Shown here: positions 32,504 to 42,372 of the stretch, one piece after another | Position numbering within the stretch: the stretch's first letter is position 1 | How the letters are laid out: the number at the start of each line of letters is the position of its first letter | Source: Oceanispirochaeta sp. | Lineage (GTDB): Bacteria > Spirochaetota > Spirochaetia > DSM-2461 | Direction: 5' to 3' | DNA length: 64,000 nt | NCBI GenBank assembly: GCA_963663385.2 | Contig: CAXXXD010000003.1 | Span: forward strand, 1,088,001-1,152,000 | Notes under the pieces: model-generated | Database searches by the model: none | The model's input: only the letters and a program-made list of their open reading frames with translations | What the model was told of the DNA's origin: nothing | Translations under genes and position numbers: made by a program

Positions 32504-33630
32504 GCAAATCTGTCCTTAAGTATTCTGCCGGCAGTTTCCCTTGTCTTTTTGTCTGTTTCAAGGATCTGTTCAAGGCTGTCCTGCTTGGTTGACCAGTCAT
32601 GGTTCAGGGTCTCTTCCGTAATTCGGGCTATATCCATAAAGTGAATGGAATCCTTTAAAAAGGCTTCGACAGCTATCTCATTGGCCCCGTTGTAGGCTAT
32701 AGGGTAACCGTTTTCCATCTCTGCACAGTCATAGGCCATCTTCATCATGGGAAAGCGTTCAAAATCGGGGGCCTGAAACTCCAGAGTCTTCCCCGCCAGA
32801 TCCAAATAAGTCCAGGGAACTTCCTTCATCTCCGGGTAATAGAGGGCGCCCTGTATGGGAAGACGCATATCCGGCGCACTTATTTGAGCATAGAGAGCCA
32901 TATCCTCTGTTCTGATGAGAGAATGAACATAGCTCTGGGGATGAATCAGTACCTTTATCCTTTTTATATCAAAGTCAAATATCCGCTGGGCTTCAATTAT
33001 CTCCAGTCCCTTGTTCGCCATGGTGGCAGAGTCTATGGTTATCTTCTTTCCCATATCCCATGTGGGATGCCTGAGAGCATCTGCCAGGGTAATCCCTGGA
33101 AATTCATCATAGGGAAGATTTCGAAAGGGACCCCCTGAAGCTGTAAGGATTATTTCAGCTACATTGGGTTTATCTCTTCTGTGGAACAGATGAAAGAGTG
33201 CAGAGTGTTCCGAGTCTACCGGAAGAAGCTTGCATTTGTGAACTGAGGCCAGATGGTTGATAAGGGGGCCTGCCAGAACCATGGATTCCTTATTGGCTAA
33301 AGCGACATCCATTCCGTTCCTGATTGCCTGGATGGTAGGAGCAAGCCCGGAGGCTCCTACAATACCGTTTACAACTATATCCGCGTCACTATCATCAATC
33401 AGCTTGAGAATTCCCTCGCTTCCGGAATATTGTATACGGTCAGAATCAGCTTTTTTCCCGCTCAGGCAGAGTTTAAGACCGGGGCGGATAGATTCCTGCT
33501 CCAGCAGGAATCCTTCATTTGTATGCGCTTGAATTCCATCCAGAATAAAATCATTTTGATGGTGATTTATAATATCAAGAGTGCTCAATCCGATAGAACC
33601 GGAGCACCCCAGCAATAGTACTTTTTTCAT
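32500..33630 (-). CDS. dxr: 1-deoxy-D-xylulose-5-phosphate reductoisomerase
   Basis: GCSGSIG, LANKES, LPVDSEH, DSATMANKGLE. Confidence 0.97.
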   Translation of the reverse strand: MKKVLLLGCSGSIGLSTLDIINHHQNDFILDGIQAHTNEGFLLEQESIRPGLKLCLSGKKADSDRIQYSGSEGILKLIDDSDADIVVNGIVGASGLAPTIQAIRNGMDVALANKESMVLAGPLINHLASVHKCKLLPVDSEHSALFHLFHRRDKPNVAEIILTASGGPFRNLPYDEFPGITLADALRHPTWDMGKKITIDSATMANKGLEIIEAQRIFDFDIKRIKVLIHPQSYVHSLIRTEDMALYAQISAPDMRLPIQGALYYPEMKEVPWTYLDLAGKTLEFQAPDFERFPMMKMAYDCAEMENGYPIAYNGANEIAVEAFLKDSIHFMDIARITEETLNHDWSTKQDSLEQILETDKKTRETAGRILKDRFA

Positions 33631-33655
33631 TTCAGTATCCTGAAGAAAAGTTTTA

Positions 33656-34498
33656 TTACAATGAAATAAAACTTAAAAAATAGTAAAAAACAGGAGCCGT
33701 GAGTAAAAGGGAATCTATGGAGTCCAGCAAACCGCCTCTGCCCATAATAATATTCCCGGAATCCTTTACCCCGGAAGATCTTTTAATACCGGATTCTACA
33801 AGATCACCGAGTATGGTGGTACATCCGGCTATCAGTCCTAACAGAACCATAATATATAAAGGCCCGCGGAAGACCTCAGGATACAGAAATTTTATACTAA
33901 CTGTTACCACGAGGGATGCAAATATGCCGCCTCCGAAACCGGCCATACTTTTATTGGGACTGACGGCAAAAACTTTGCGGGAATTCCTGCCGAACAGGTT
34001 TCCAATAAACCAGGCATTGGAGTCGTTCAGGTAAACAGCCAGCATAAAAGCAATTATTATGTGAGTAGCGTATTCAAATCCGGAAAATCTGACAATATAA
34101 GTCAGGAAGAACCCGGGATAAATCAGGGCTAGGAGAGAACCTCCTGCTGTATGAATAACTTTACTGAAATTATTTTCAGCCATTGTGAAAACAGGTATGC
34201 TGAGAATTAAAGCTGTGAAAACAACCCCGGTAATCTGTATGCTGTATTCTGGTACTATTCCGGTTATGGATAGATAGGTGAGCAGGGGGTGCAGGGCTCC
34301 CGCCGGGGTAAGTACTTTGGTCGGAACCGGCATACCGGCCTTGTTCAGCATGGTGCACATCTCATGGGTTCCTATTATAGCTATGGTGAACACAACCAGA
34401 TTAATAGCAAGGTGATTGGCAAAATCTACAAAAATCAGAGCACTGAGTACAGGCAGGGCTATAATAAATAATAACCATCTCTGCTGGTTGTTTGTCAT
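33656..34498 (-). CDS. cdsA: Phosphatidate cytidylyltransferase
   Basis: SPNKS, GDLVESGIKR..GVKDSG...GRGGLLD. Confidence 0.95.
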   Translation of the reverse strand: MTNNQQRWLLFIIALPVLSALIFVDFANHLAINLVVFTIAIIGTHEMCTMLNKAGMPVPTKVLTPAGALHPLLTYLSITGIVPEYSIQITGVVFTALILSIPVFTMAENNFSKVIHTAGGSLLALIYPGFFLTYIVRFSGFEYATHIIIAFMLAVYLNDSNAWFIGNLFGRNSRKVFAVSPNKSMAGFGGGIFASLVVTVSIKFLYPEVFRGPLYIMVLLGLIAGCTTILGDLVESGIKRSSGVKDSGNIIMGRGGLLDSIDSLLLTAPVFYYFLSFISL

Positions 34499-35193
34499 GA
34501 TTTTACTCCTCCGAATCTTCGATCTCTATTTTTAAATGCATTGATGGCTTCAACAAGATCATCCCGGCCCCATTCGGGCCAGAGTTTATCTGAAAAATAC
34601 AGTTCCGCATATGCTGTCTGCCAGATCAGAAAATTGCTGATTCTTTTCTCGCCGCCTGTGCGAATTAACAAATCTACCGGAGGAATGTCTCTTGCATCCA
34701 GAGAGTTATTAATTATGTCTTCTGAAATGGGCTTCCCGGGATTTTTCTCTATATAACGGTTCATACAGCGAATTATTTCATCACGACCGCCATAATTAAT
34801 AAGAAGGTTAACCGTTAATCCGGTAAATCCGGCAGTCTGATCCATTACGGTTTGAATCTCCTTTTGAATATCTTCAGGGAGACCGCTTATATCACCGCTG
34901 TGTACAACTCTGATGGAATTGTCCTTATAGAACTGATACTCTTTTCTTAAATAATTTCTGATCAGTACCATCAGAAAAGAAATTTCATCCTGAGTCCTTT
35001 TCCAGTTTTCTGTGGAAAAGACATAAAGGGATAAATAGGAAACACCAATGTCTGATGCTGCTTTGACAACGGCTTTGGCTGCATTTAATCCTTCCCGATG
35101 CCCAGCCGAACGGATCTGACCGCGATTCTTAGCCCAGCGGCCGTTTCCGTCCATTATAATGCCTATGTGAAGGGGATCTTCTGTCAGTGACAT
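34495..35193 (-). CDS. uppS: Undecaprenyl diphosphate synthase
   Basis: IMDGNGRWA, FSTENWKR, NYGGRDE, RTGGEKRISNFL. Confidence 0.97.
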   Translation of the reverse strand: MSLTEDPLHIGIIMDGNGRWAKNRGQIRSAGHREGLNAAKAVVKAASDIGVSYLSLYVFSTENWKRTQDEISFLMVLIRNYLRKEYQFYKDNSIRVVHSGDISGLPEDIQKEIQTVMDQTAGFTGLTVNLLINYGGRDEIIRCMNRYIEKNPGKPISEDIINNSLDARDIPPVDLLIRTGGEKRISNFLIWQTAYAELYFSDKLWPEWGRDDLVEAINAFKNRDRRFGGVKS

Positions 35194-35735
35194 TAAATCT
35201 CCATGATTTCTTTTTCTTTTTCGTCGATAACGGTTCCTATATCTTTGATATACTGGTCCGTTAATTTCTGAATTTCATCTATTCCTTTTTTCTGTTCGTC
35301 CTCTGCAAAATCACCTTTTTTGATTTGATCATTTGCGTCACGGCGAATATTTCGAACGGATACACGGCTGTTTTCACCGATATTTTTAGCCTGTTTTACA
35401 AGGTCCTTACGCCTCTCTTCCGTTAGAGGGGGAATATTGATTCTTATAACCTTTCCGTCATTGCTTGGATTAAGGGAGAGTTCAGAGGTTTGAATGGCTC
35501 TTTCGATGTCATTCAGAGAATTTTTATCAAAAGGCTGAATAACTATCAGGCGGGCTTCCGGAATGGAAATATTGGCAACCTGATTCATGGGAGTAGGGGT
35601 ACCGTAGTACTCAACCATGACTTTATCGAATAAACTTGCTGATGCTCTTCCTGTACGGATTGTATTGAATTCTTCTTTAAGAGCTTTGATGGTTTTCTTC
35701 ATTCTGTCTTCTGCAGACTTCTTTATGCTATCCAT
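35193..35735 (-). CDS. frr: Ribosome recycling factor
   Basis: IRTGRA, YYGTPTP, PPLTEERRK. Confidence 0.97.
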   Translation of the reverse strand: MDSIKKSAEDRMKKTIKALKEEFNTIRTGRASASLFDKVMVEYYGTPTPMNQVANISIPEARLIVIQPFDKNSLNDIERAIQTSELSLNPSNDGKVIRINIPPLTEERRKDLVKQAKNIGENSRVSVRNIRRDANDQIKKGDFAEDEQKKGIDEIQKLTDQYIKDIGTVIDEKEKEIMEI

Positions 35736-35751
35736 GTATTCACCTCTTTAT

Positions 35752-35787
35752 AAAAATAGGACACCGCCCCGACAGGGACAGTGTCCT
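35752..35787 (-). terminator. Hairpin/terminator between tsf and frr
   Basis: Minus strand AGGACACTGTCCC-TGTC-GGGGCGGTGTCCT-ATTTTT. Confidence 0.6.
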
Positions 35788-35795
35788 CAAATTAT

Positions 35796-36638
35796 TTATG
35801 CTTCTTCGCCAACCATGCAATATACATAGTCAACCAGTTCGATAGAACCGCCTGCTGCTTTGGCAACTTCGGCAATAGCCTGTTTTACAGACAGCTTGTC
35901 ATTTTTCACAAATGCCTGATCAACAAAACATACCTGAGCCAGATGCTTGTTAAGTTTACCCTTGATGATTCCCTCAATAACCTTGGCAGGTTTATCCATA
36001 TTGGCTGCCTGGGCCGCGAAAATCTCTTCCTGTTCCTTAACATAAGCGGAATCAACAGATTCTCTGTTCAGGTAGGTAGGATTGAAAGCCGCTGCATGAA
36101 GAGCGAGATCCATTCCCAGAGCCTTTACCTCGGAATTCTGAGCAGTTGCAGCACTGTCGCAGCTCAGTTTAACCATTACACCAATTGATCCGCCATTGTG
36201 CAGGTAATCCACTGCACAGTCCGAATCGCTCAGATCCATGGTTGAAATTCTTTTAAGAATCATGTTTTCCTTCAGGATGGAAATAGCTTCCTTAACCAGG
36301 GTTTCCAGTTCTTCATTGATAGCAGTGTATTTCTTTTCTGCTACAACGTCAGCGATTTTCTGTCCTGATTCTCTGAATGCATCATTCTTGGCTACAAAGT
36401 CGGTTTCGCACGTCAGCTCCACGAGGGAAGCTGTGTTGCCTTTAATTGCTGTAAATACTGCGCCTGCATTGGTCGCCCGGCCGCTTCTTTTATCAGCGGA
36501 AGCCAGCCCCTGTTCTTTCAGGTATTTTTCTGCAGCGGCGAAATCACCGTCGCAAGCCTGAAGGGCTTTTTTACAGTCAAGCATTCCTGCAAGTGTTTTA
36601 TCTCTTAATTTTTTAACATCTGCTGGTGTTACTGCCAC
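35796..36638 (-). CDS. tsf: Elongation factor Ts
   Basis: VKKLRDKT..GMLDCKKAL, CETDFVAKN. Confidence 0.97.
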   Translation of the reverse strand: MAVTPADVKKLRDKTLAGMLDCKKALQACDGDFAAAEKYLKEQGLASADKRSGRATNAGAVFTAIKGNTASLVELTCETDFVAKNDAFRESGQKIADVVAEKKYTAINEELETLVKEAISILKENMILKRISTMDLSDSDCAVDYLHNGGSIGVMVKLSCDSAATAQNSEVKALGMDLALHAAAFNPTYLNRESVDSAYVKEQEEIFAAQAANMDKPAKVIEGIIKGKLNKHLAQVCFVDQAFVKNDKLSVKQAIAEVAKAAGGSIELVDYVYCMVGEEA

Positions 36639-36653
36639 GATATTCTCCTAAAA

Positions 36654-37466
36654 TTATTCAGATTCGGTTGTATATACGACATCGCTGTCATCGGCTTCTT
36701 CAGATTCATCCTCTTCCTGAGAGGGCTCATCCATTACAGATATTTCTTCATCATCCTGAAGATTCTCGATAACTTCCAGACCGATTTCATTATCAGCTTC
36801 CACTACAGCATTTGCAATAATAGAGGTAAACAGACTGATAGCGCGGATAGCGTCGTCATTACCGGGAATGGGGTAATCGATCCCTTCGGGGTTACAGTTG
36901 GTATCTACTACTGCGATGATGGGGATGCCCATTCTTCTGGCTTCAGCTACAGCAATTGCTTCTTTTTTTGTGTCGATTACGAACATTACTCCGGGAAGAT
37001 CATTCATGTTTTTGATGCCACCCAGGTTCTTTTCCAGTCTGCCCTTTTCTTTCAGAAGCTTGGAAACTTCTTTTTTGGTCATCTGGTCAAAAGTTCCGTC
37101 AACTTCCATTTTTTCAATTCTCTTCAGCTGGTGAAGGGATTTTTTAATCGTGGTGAAGTTGGTGAGCATACCACCGAGCCATCTGTTGTTAACGTAGAAC
37201 ATGTCACAGCGTTCAGCTTCTCTTGCAATAGCAGCCTGTGCCTGTTTTTTGGTTCCTACAAAAAGGACGGATTTTCCATCCAGTACGTTTGCTCTTACAA
37301 CATTGTATGCTTCTTTGATAGCGACAATAGTCTTCTGAAGATCAATAATGTGAATCCCGTTTCTCTGTGAGAAAATAAATTTTTTCATTCTGGGATCCCA
37401 GCGCTTGGTCTGATGTCCGAAATGTACACCTGATTCAAGCAGGTTTTTCATTGTTACTACAGCCAT
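36654..37466 (-). CDS. rpsB: 30S ribosomal protein S2
   Basis: [29 protein letters not shown]. Confidence 0.98.
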   Translation of the reverse strand: MAVVTMKNLLESGVHFGHQTKRWDPRMKKFIFSQRNGIHIIDLQKTIVAIKEAYNVVRANVLDGKSVLFVGTKKQAQAAIAREAERCDMFYVNNRWLGGMLTNFTTIKKSLHQLKRIEKMEVDGTFDQMTKKEVSKLLKEKGRLEKNLGGIKNMNDLPGVMFVIDTKKEAIAVAEARRMGIPIIAVVDTNCNPEGIDYPIPGNDDAIRAISLFTSIIANAVVEADNEIGLEVIENLQDDEEISVMDEPSQEEDESEEADDSDVVYTTESE

Positions 37467-37554
37467 GTAGCCTCCTAAATTCCACTCCTGTGTATGAGCG
37501 GTCCTTCTCTTAGTCTCAGCGCTATAAAGATTAAGTCTCTTATAGGCCGGAAAA

Positions 37555-38139
37555 TTATATGCTGAATTTCAGCAGTCTTAACATGCCATATAATAAATTA
37601 ATTGGCAAGCCCATTACATTGAAGTACGATCCGTTCACCGAAACAATGTACATTCCTCCCTTTTCCTGGATCCTGTATCCCCCTGCGGCACCCCGCCACT
37701 CATCCGTATCCAGGTAATCCTCCATTTCCTGACCGGAAAGAGGGGCGAATTGAACATCAGTCCTGTCCCAGCGGGACAATAATTTTCTGTCATCGGGGCG
37801 GAAAAGGGTTATTCCCGTATATACCTGATGTATCCTGTTCTGCATTTTCTGCAGCATATAACGGGCTTCATCCCTGGAGGCAGGTTTTCCTATTTTATGA
37901 TCATCAAGTGAAATGAGTGTGTCTGCGGTAACAACCCATCCCGGACACCCGTATTTACTGAGACAGGCTCCCATCTTCAAATTGGAAAGTTCAAGGGACA
38001 GATCTTCGGGAGATTTGTCCTGATCCATAATCTCTTCCATTTCGAAACTCAGTACTTCACAGGGTATTCCCATCTGTCTTATCAATTCAAACCGTCTGGG
38101 AGAAGCCGAACCCAGATAAAGCTTTTCTGTTTTTTTCAT
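37555..38139 (-). CDS. maf: Maf family nucleotide pyrophosphatase
   Basis: [31 protein letters not shown]; start probably ATG 38139. Confidence 0.93.
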   Translation of the reverse strand: MKKTEKLYLGSASPRRFELIRQMGIPCEVLSFEMEEIMDQDKSPEDLSLELSNLKMGACLSKYGCPGWVVTADTLISLDDHKIGKPASRDEARYMLQKMQNRIHQVYTGITLFRPDDRKLLSRWDRTDVQFAPLSGQEMEDYLDTDEWRGAAGGYRIQEKGGMYIVSVNGSYFNVMGLPINLLYGMLRLLKFSI

Positions 38140-38239
38140 AACATCATTATATATAAAAAATGATTTTAACGGCATTATTGATTGCTCACTCCGGAGGAAC
38201 TAGACTTATAAACAGAGTTAATCCTTAGGGGGAAATGAT

Positions 38240-39010
38240 ATGTTAAATCGTGTATTGGTCCAATTTACCGTTGAAGATGAGGTTGAATATCTGGCCCGTT
38301 TTACAGATGTATTGAAAAATCGGTATAAAAGTATAGATATCTGTGGTCTTTATGTGAGAAATACGGATGAATATCTGAAATATAATTCGGCTATGTATAG
38401 CGATGCCTACTATCAGGATTTTCTCAACGTCTGGAAAACCATAGAAGATAAGAAAGAAGAAAAGGTGAGGGAGGAGTTTAAAAAACATTTTCCGGGGTGT
38501 GAGTTCATCTCTGATACCGGTTATACGGACAGTATTGTTCTGAATCATCTCAGATTGTTTGATATACTTGTTCTGGCGAAACAGAAGTTTATAGGACATG
38601 AAATCAAGGCTCTGCTAAGCGCTCATCATAAACCAGTGATAATTGTACCGTCAAAAGATAACTATTCAATGGATAATATTCTAGTGGCTGATGACGAACG
38701 ACTGGAAGTAAATAAATCTCTGTTCAGTTTCATGTATCTTTTTGATGACATCCGGGAGTTTGATGCTTTGGGTATTAATATAGATAAAGAAAAGCATCTG
38801 GATCTGGGGCGATATATGGAAAAGGCAGGTAAACGGATAAACTGCGAATATCAAACAGGTCATGTGGTTGAGAAACTGCTGGATTATTCAGACAGTTACG
38901 GGATGATGATTATCGGTGATTTGAAGCACAGCTTTTTAATGGAGCGGATTGCAGGTAAAACAGGACTGAAGTTTCTGGAAAAAACAGAAATCCCCCTGTT
39001 TATCGGCTAA
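38240..39010 (+). CDS. Universal-stress-protein-like tandem domain protein
   Basis: KPVIIVP, IIGDLKHSFLMERIAGKT...LEKTEIPLFI resemble USP C-terminal motif; AGGGGG RBS. Confidence 0.65.
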   Translation: MLNRVLVQFTVEDEVEYLARFTDVLKNRYKSIDICGLYVRNTDEYLKYNSAMYSDAYYQDFLNVWKTIEDKKEEKVREEFKKHFPGCEFISDTGYTDSIVLNHLRLFDILVLAKQKFIGHEIKALLSAHHKPVIIVPSKDNYSMDNILVADDERLEVNKSLFSFMYLFDDIREFDALGINIDKEKHLDLGRYMEKAGKRINCEYQTGHVVEKLLDYSDSYGMMIIGDLKHSFLMERIAGKTGLKFLEKTEIPLFIG

Positions 39011-40100
39011 TCAGTTGTTCCGCGGCAAACAATCCCAGGTCCATCTGCGGGTCCGGCGGTCTGTAGAGTTTGCCGTCAAGTTTCCCAAGGGACAGTCCCA
39101 GCAGGCGGACAGGAATTTTACCGGCATCTGTTTTTTTGAGAAGATCCGGAACAAGAGACATAATCTGCTCTCTGTTTTTCAGGGGGCGGGGGCTTCGGGT
39201 ACAGCGGGTACACATCCTGAAATCGTGATATTTGACTTTCAGGGTCAGCTGAAATCCGAATACTCCGGTTTTTATACAGTCTTCTTCCACCATTTGAGCG
39301 ATTATTTCCAGTTCTCTTATTATTTCAGAGAAACCTGTCAGGTCCTGAGAAAAGGTATTTTCACGCCCCAGGGATTTTCTTGTCCGTTTCGGTTCAACAG
39401 CCCTGTCATCAATTCCCCGGACCGCATAGTAGTAATAAGTACCGGCTTTTCCAAAGAGTTCCAGCAATTCATAAAGTTCTTTCTGTTTCAGATCACGTCC
39501 CTTGTTAATCCCAAGACTCTTCATCCTCTCTTCCGTTCTTTTCCCGATACCGAAAAAGCGTCCGATGGGGAGATCTTCCAGAAATGCGGGAGCTTCGAGG
39601 GGAGTAATAACGGTAAGACCATCCGGCTTTTGTACATCAGAAGCAATTTTGGCAATAAATTTATTATAGGAAACACCGGCTGAAGCGGTTAAACGGGTTT
39701 CCTTCAGGATGGTTTCCCTTATCTGACGGGCAATAATGGTAGCTGAGGGGATATCCGGTTTATTTTCTGTAACATCAAGGTAGGCCTCATCAAGGCTGAG
39801 GGGTTCAACCAGATCGGTATAGCGGTGAAAAATCTCCCGTATCTGATTGGAAACCTCCCTGTAATCGGAAAAATCATGGTGCGTTATAAAAACAGCATGG
39901 GGACAGAGCTTGTAGGCCTGTGCGGAAGGCATGGCCGAGTGGATCCCGTATTTTCGGGCTTCATAGGAACAGGTTGAAACAACTCCCCGGCTGTTCGGCG
40001 GACCTCCCACTACCACGGGCTTTCCTTTTAACGAAGGGTAGTTGCGCTGTTCAACAGATGCATAAAAAGCATCCATATCCACATGGATGATCTTTCTCAT
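39000..40100 (-). CDS. dinB: DNA polymerase IV
   Basis: HVDMDAFYASVEQ, SYEARKYG, SLDEAYLD, KPDG. Confidence 0.97.
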   Translation of the reverse strand: MRKIIHVDMDAFYASVEQRNYPSLKGKPVVVGGPPNSRGVVSTCSYEARKYGIHSAMPSAQAYKLCPHAVFITHHDFSDYREVSNQIREIFHRYTDLVEPLSLDEAYLDVTENKPDIPSATIIARQIRETILKETRLTASAGVSYNKFIAKIASDVQKPDGLTVITPLEAPAFLEDLPIGRFFGIGKRTEERMKSLGINKGRDLKQKELYELLELFGKAGTYYYYAVRGIDDRAVEPKRTRKSLGRENTFSQDLTGFSEIIRELEIIAQMVEEDCIKTGVFGFQLTLKVKYHDFRMCTRCTRSPRPLKNREQIMSLVPDLLKKTDAGKIPVRLLGLSLGKLDGKLYRPPDPQMDLGLFAAEQLISR

Positions 40101-40154
40101 TTTTATATACTATACATAATTTAAGTATAAATCAAGGCAGAGAGGGGTATCCAT

Positions 40155-40172
40155 ATCACCCAAAAGGGTGAT
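40155..40172. promoter_or_regulatory. Perfect palindrome, candidate LuxR-type operator
   Basis: ATCACCC-AAAA-GGGTGAT in the dinB/ybjQ-operon intergenic region. Confidence 0.55.
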
Positions 40173-40239
40173 TCTTCCGGTTTCAGAACGGTTCACCTGT
40201 TCGGGTTATATCGAAACAGGGCCATAAGGGAGTATCCTG

Positions 40240-40506
40240 ATGTCAGGAGGCAGGCTAGTGAAACGAAAGAATATAATACTGACCTGGATTATTACAGCCC
40301 TGTTTCTTCTTTTCACAGGATGGTGCGGCATACTTCTGTTCTGGACTATGAGTCAGGAAGATGATGTTCCCCTGTTTATCAGCGGCGGTATCACGGGGAT
40401 TATTTTTCTGATACTGGTACCTGTCATGATAATGATGGTTGTCACGGCTGTACGGCGGAAGAGGGAGATCGAAGAGGAGGATGAGGATGATCTTAGTCAA
40501 TACTGA
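40240..40506 (+). CDS. Small 2-TM membrane protein (start possibly GTG 40258)
   Basis: Two hydrophobic helices, RRKREIEEEDEDDLSQY tail; overlaps ybjQ-like gene. Confidence 0.7.
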   Translation: MSGGRLVKRKNIILTWIITALFLLFTGWCGILLFWTMSQEDDVPLFISGGITGIIFLILVPVMIMMVVTAVRRKREIEEEDEDDLSQY

Positions 40507-40798
40507 AACAATCAGCGGTAAAAATCTGGAAATGCTGAGTATCGTTAAGGGGAGTACGGTACAGTCCCGGCATATGGGAAAAGATATTATGAGCAGTCTG
40601 AAAACCCTGGTGGGCGGTGAAATCACAGCGTATTCAGAGATGCTGAATGAAGCCCGGGCTCTTGCTACCAAACGTATGGTGGATGAAGCGGAAAAAATGG
40701 GCGCCGACGGTATTGTCAATATCCGTTATGCTTCCAGTGCGGTTATGCAGGGTGCTGCCGAGGTTATTGTATACGGAACGGCTGTTAAATTCACCTGA
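40487..40798 (+). CDS. YbjQ/UPF0145 family protein
   Basis: VGGEITAYSEML.EAR..A..RM...A..MGADGIVNIRY, YGTAV. Confidence 0.92.
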   Translation: MILVNTETISGKNLEMLSIVKGSTVQSRHMGKDIMSSLKTLVGGEITAYSEMLNEARALATKRMVDEAEKMGADGIVNIRYASSAVMQGAAEVIVYGTAVKFT

Positions 40799-40849
40799 GA
40801 CTCCAAACTTGCCCTATCCCGTACTGTAAGGATATAATTTATCAACTTT

Positions 40850-41689
40850 ATGCAGTCTTTATCTGAATACCTTTACAGTCTGGAATCCCGTCGGGGAGAA
40901 CATACCGCCTGGGTTATCCGGTGGGGAATAGCGGCATTCTTTCTTGGAATCAGCTTTCTTCAGGGGAATTTGTCGATTCTCCCGATAGCCCTTGTCCTTG
41001 CTCTTTATAATCTGCTTTTAAAAGCAGTAAAACAGATTGAGTCCGGGCTTTTATCCTATACATCCGTTATGGCGGAGACTCTGGCTGTCAGTCTGGCTGT
41101 ATTTTTCTCTTCCAGCGGGGAATCCCTGCTTTTTTCCGCGATTTCCCCTTTTCTGTGGATATTTTTTATCCTTTTATACAGTGCTTCCCTGCGTTTAAAC
41201 GAAAAACTGATTCTCTTTTCTTCGGTCATTAATATTACCGGTATGAATTCGGTGTATCTTGCGGGATATATCAGTGATCCCCGGCGCTTTGAAGAGGCCT
41301 ATTCAGGGGCTTGCCTTTCTGATCAGGTTATGCGTACCCTGTTTCTGATGGCTTTGGGACTGCTGCTGTTAAACCGGCCGCGTATTATACGCCGGATTCT
41401 GAAGAACCGGCAGGATTTCTTTGATAAAATGAAAGAAACGAATTTCAGGTTCAGGGAAGAGCTGGAAAGCCTGGCGAGAGATGCTTCTCTTACAACCAGG
41501 GAGGAGGAAGTTCTCAGGGAACTTTTAAAGGGAAAAACATACAGGATGATAGGGGACAGTCTCTGCATCTCTGTGGATACAGCAAAGAGCCATATAAAAA
41601 AGCTGTACAGGAAACTGGGGATAAACAGCCGGAATGAGCTGTACGGTCTGATTCAGGAAAACCGCATGAAGGAAGGAAAGAACAGGTAA
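40850..41689 (+). CDS. Membrane-anchored LuxR-family regulator
   Basis: About 6 TM segments followed by LTTREEEVLRELLKGKTYRMIGDSLCISVDTAKSHIKKLYRKLGINSR. Confidence 0.88.
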   Translation: MQSLSEYLYSLESRRGEHTAWVIRWGIAAFFLGISFLQGNLSILPIALVLALYNLLLKAVKQIESGLLSYTSVMAETLAVSLAVFFSSSGESLLFSAISPFLWIFFILLYSASLRLNEKLILFSSVINITGMNSVYLAGYISDPRRFEEAYSGACLSDQVMRTLFLMALGLLLLNRPRIIRRILKNRQDFFDKMKETNFRFREELESLARDASLTTREEEVLRELLKGKTYRMIGDSLCISVDTAKSHIKKLYRKLGINSRNELYGLIQENRMKEGKNR

Positions 41690-42324
41690 TGGAGAAATAT
41701 ATTGTAATAGCCGGAAATATCGGAGCCGGGAAATCCACCCTTGTCAGGCACCTTTGTGAAACTCTCGGCTGGCAGCCTTATTATGAACCTGTAACAGAAA
41801 ATCCCTACCTGGAAGATTTCTACAGGGATATGGAGAAATGGGCCTTTCACTCCCAGCTTTTTTTCCTTGCCGACCGGATTACCATGCATAAGGAGCTGCA
41901 GGATTTTCAGGGCAGTGTTGTGCAGGATCGTTCAGTCTACGAAGATGCGGAAATATTTGCCCGTAACCTGTATCTTCAGGGAGAGATCAACCGGAGAGAC
42001 TTTCAAACCTACTGGAAAATCTACCAGAATGCGGTGTCTCTCCTCACACCTCCCGATCTGGTCGTCTATCTCCGTGCCGGAGTCCCCTCTCTTAAAGAGA
42101 GAATCGTTCAGCGGAAAAGGGAGTTTGAAGCTGAAATACCGGAAATCTATCTGGAGCACCTAAATTCTCTCTATGACGAGTGGATCAGGTCTTTTGGTAT
42201 GTCGGAGGTTCTGATACTGAATATTGAGGATTACGATATACTTGAAAACCCTGAAGATCTCAATTCCATCGCAGTACAGATTAAGGAGAAATTAAGGGGC
42301 GTCCAGGGAGAGCTGTTTTCCTGA
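41689..42324 (+). CDS. Deoxynucleoside kinase
   Basis: AGNIGAGKST, YEPV, QDRSVYED, R.R.FE lid. Confidence 0.93.
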   Translation: MEKYIVIAGNIGAGKSTLVRHLCETLGWQPYYEPVTENPYLEDFYRDMEKWAFHSQLFFLADRITMHKELQDFQGSVVQDRSVYEDAEIFARNLYLQGEINRRDFQTYWKIYQNAVSLLTPPDLVVYLRAGVPSLKERIVQRKREFEAEIPEIYLEHLNSLYDEWIRSFGMSEVLILNIEDYDILENPEDLNSIAVQIKEKLRGVQGELFS

Positions 42325-42372
42325 AAGAGTGGTCTTGCCTGCCCTCCGATTTGATACTAGTATAAACCTCAT

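Noticed and set aside
35735..35796. pyrH missing between tsf and frr
   Set aside because: tsf-frr adjacency is the usual spirochaete arrangement; not novel.
40184..40203. GAAC/GTTC half-sites near dinB as a LexA box
   Set aside because: Spacing fits neither GAAC-N4-GTTC nor GTTC-N7-GTTC.
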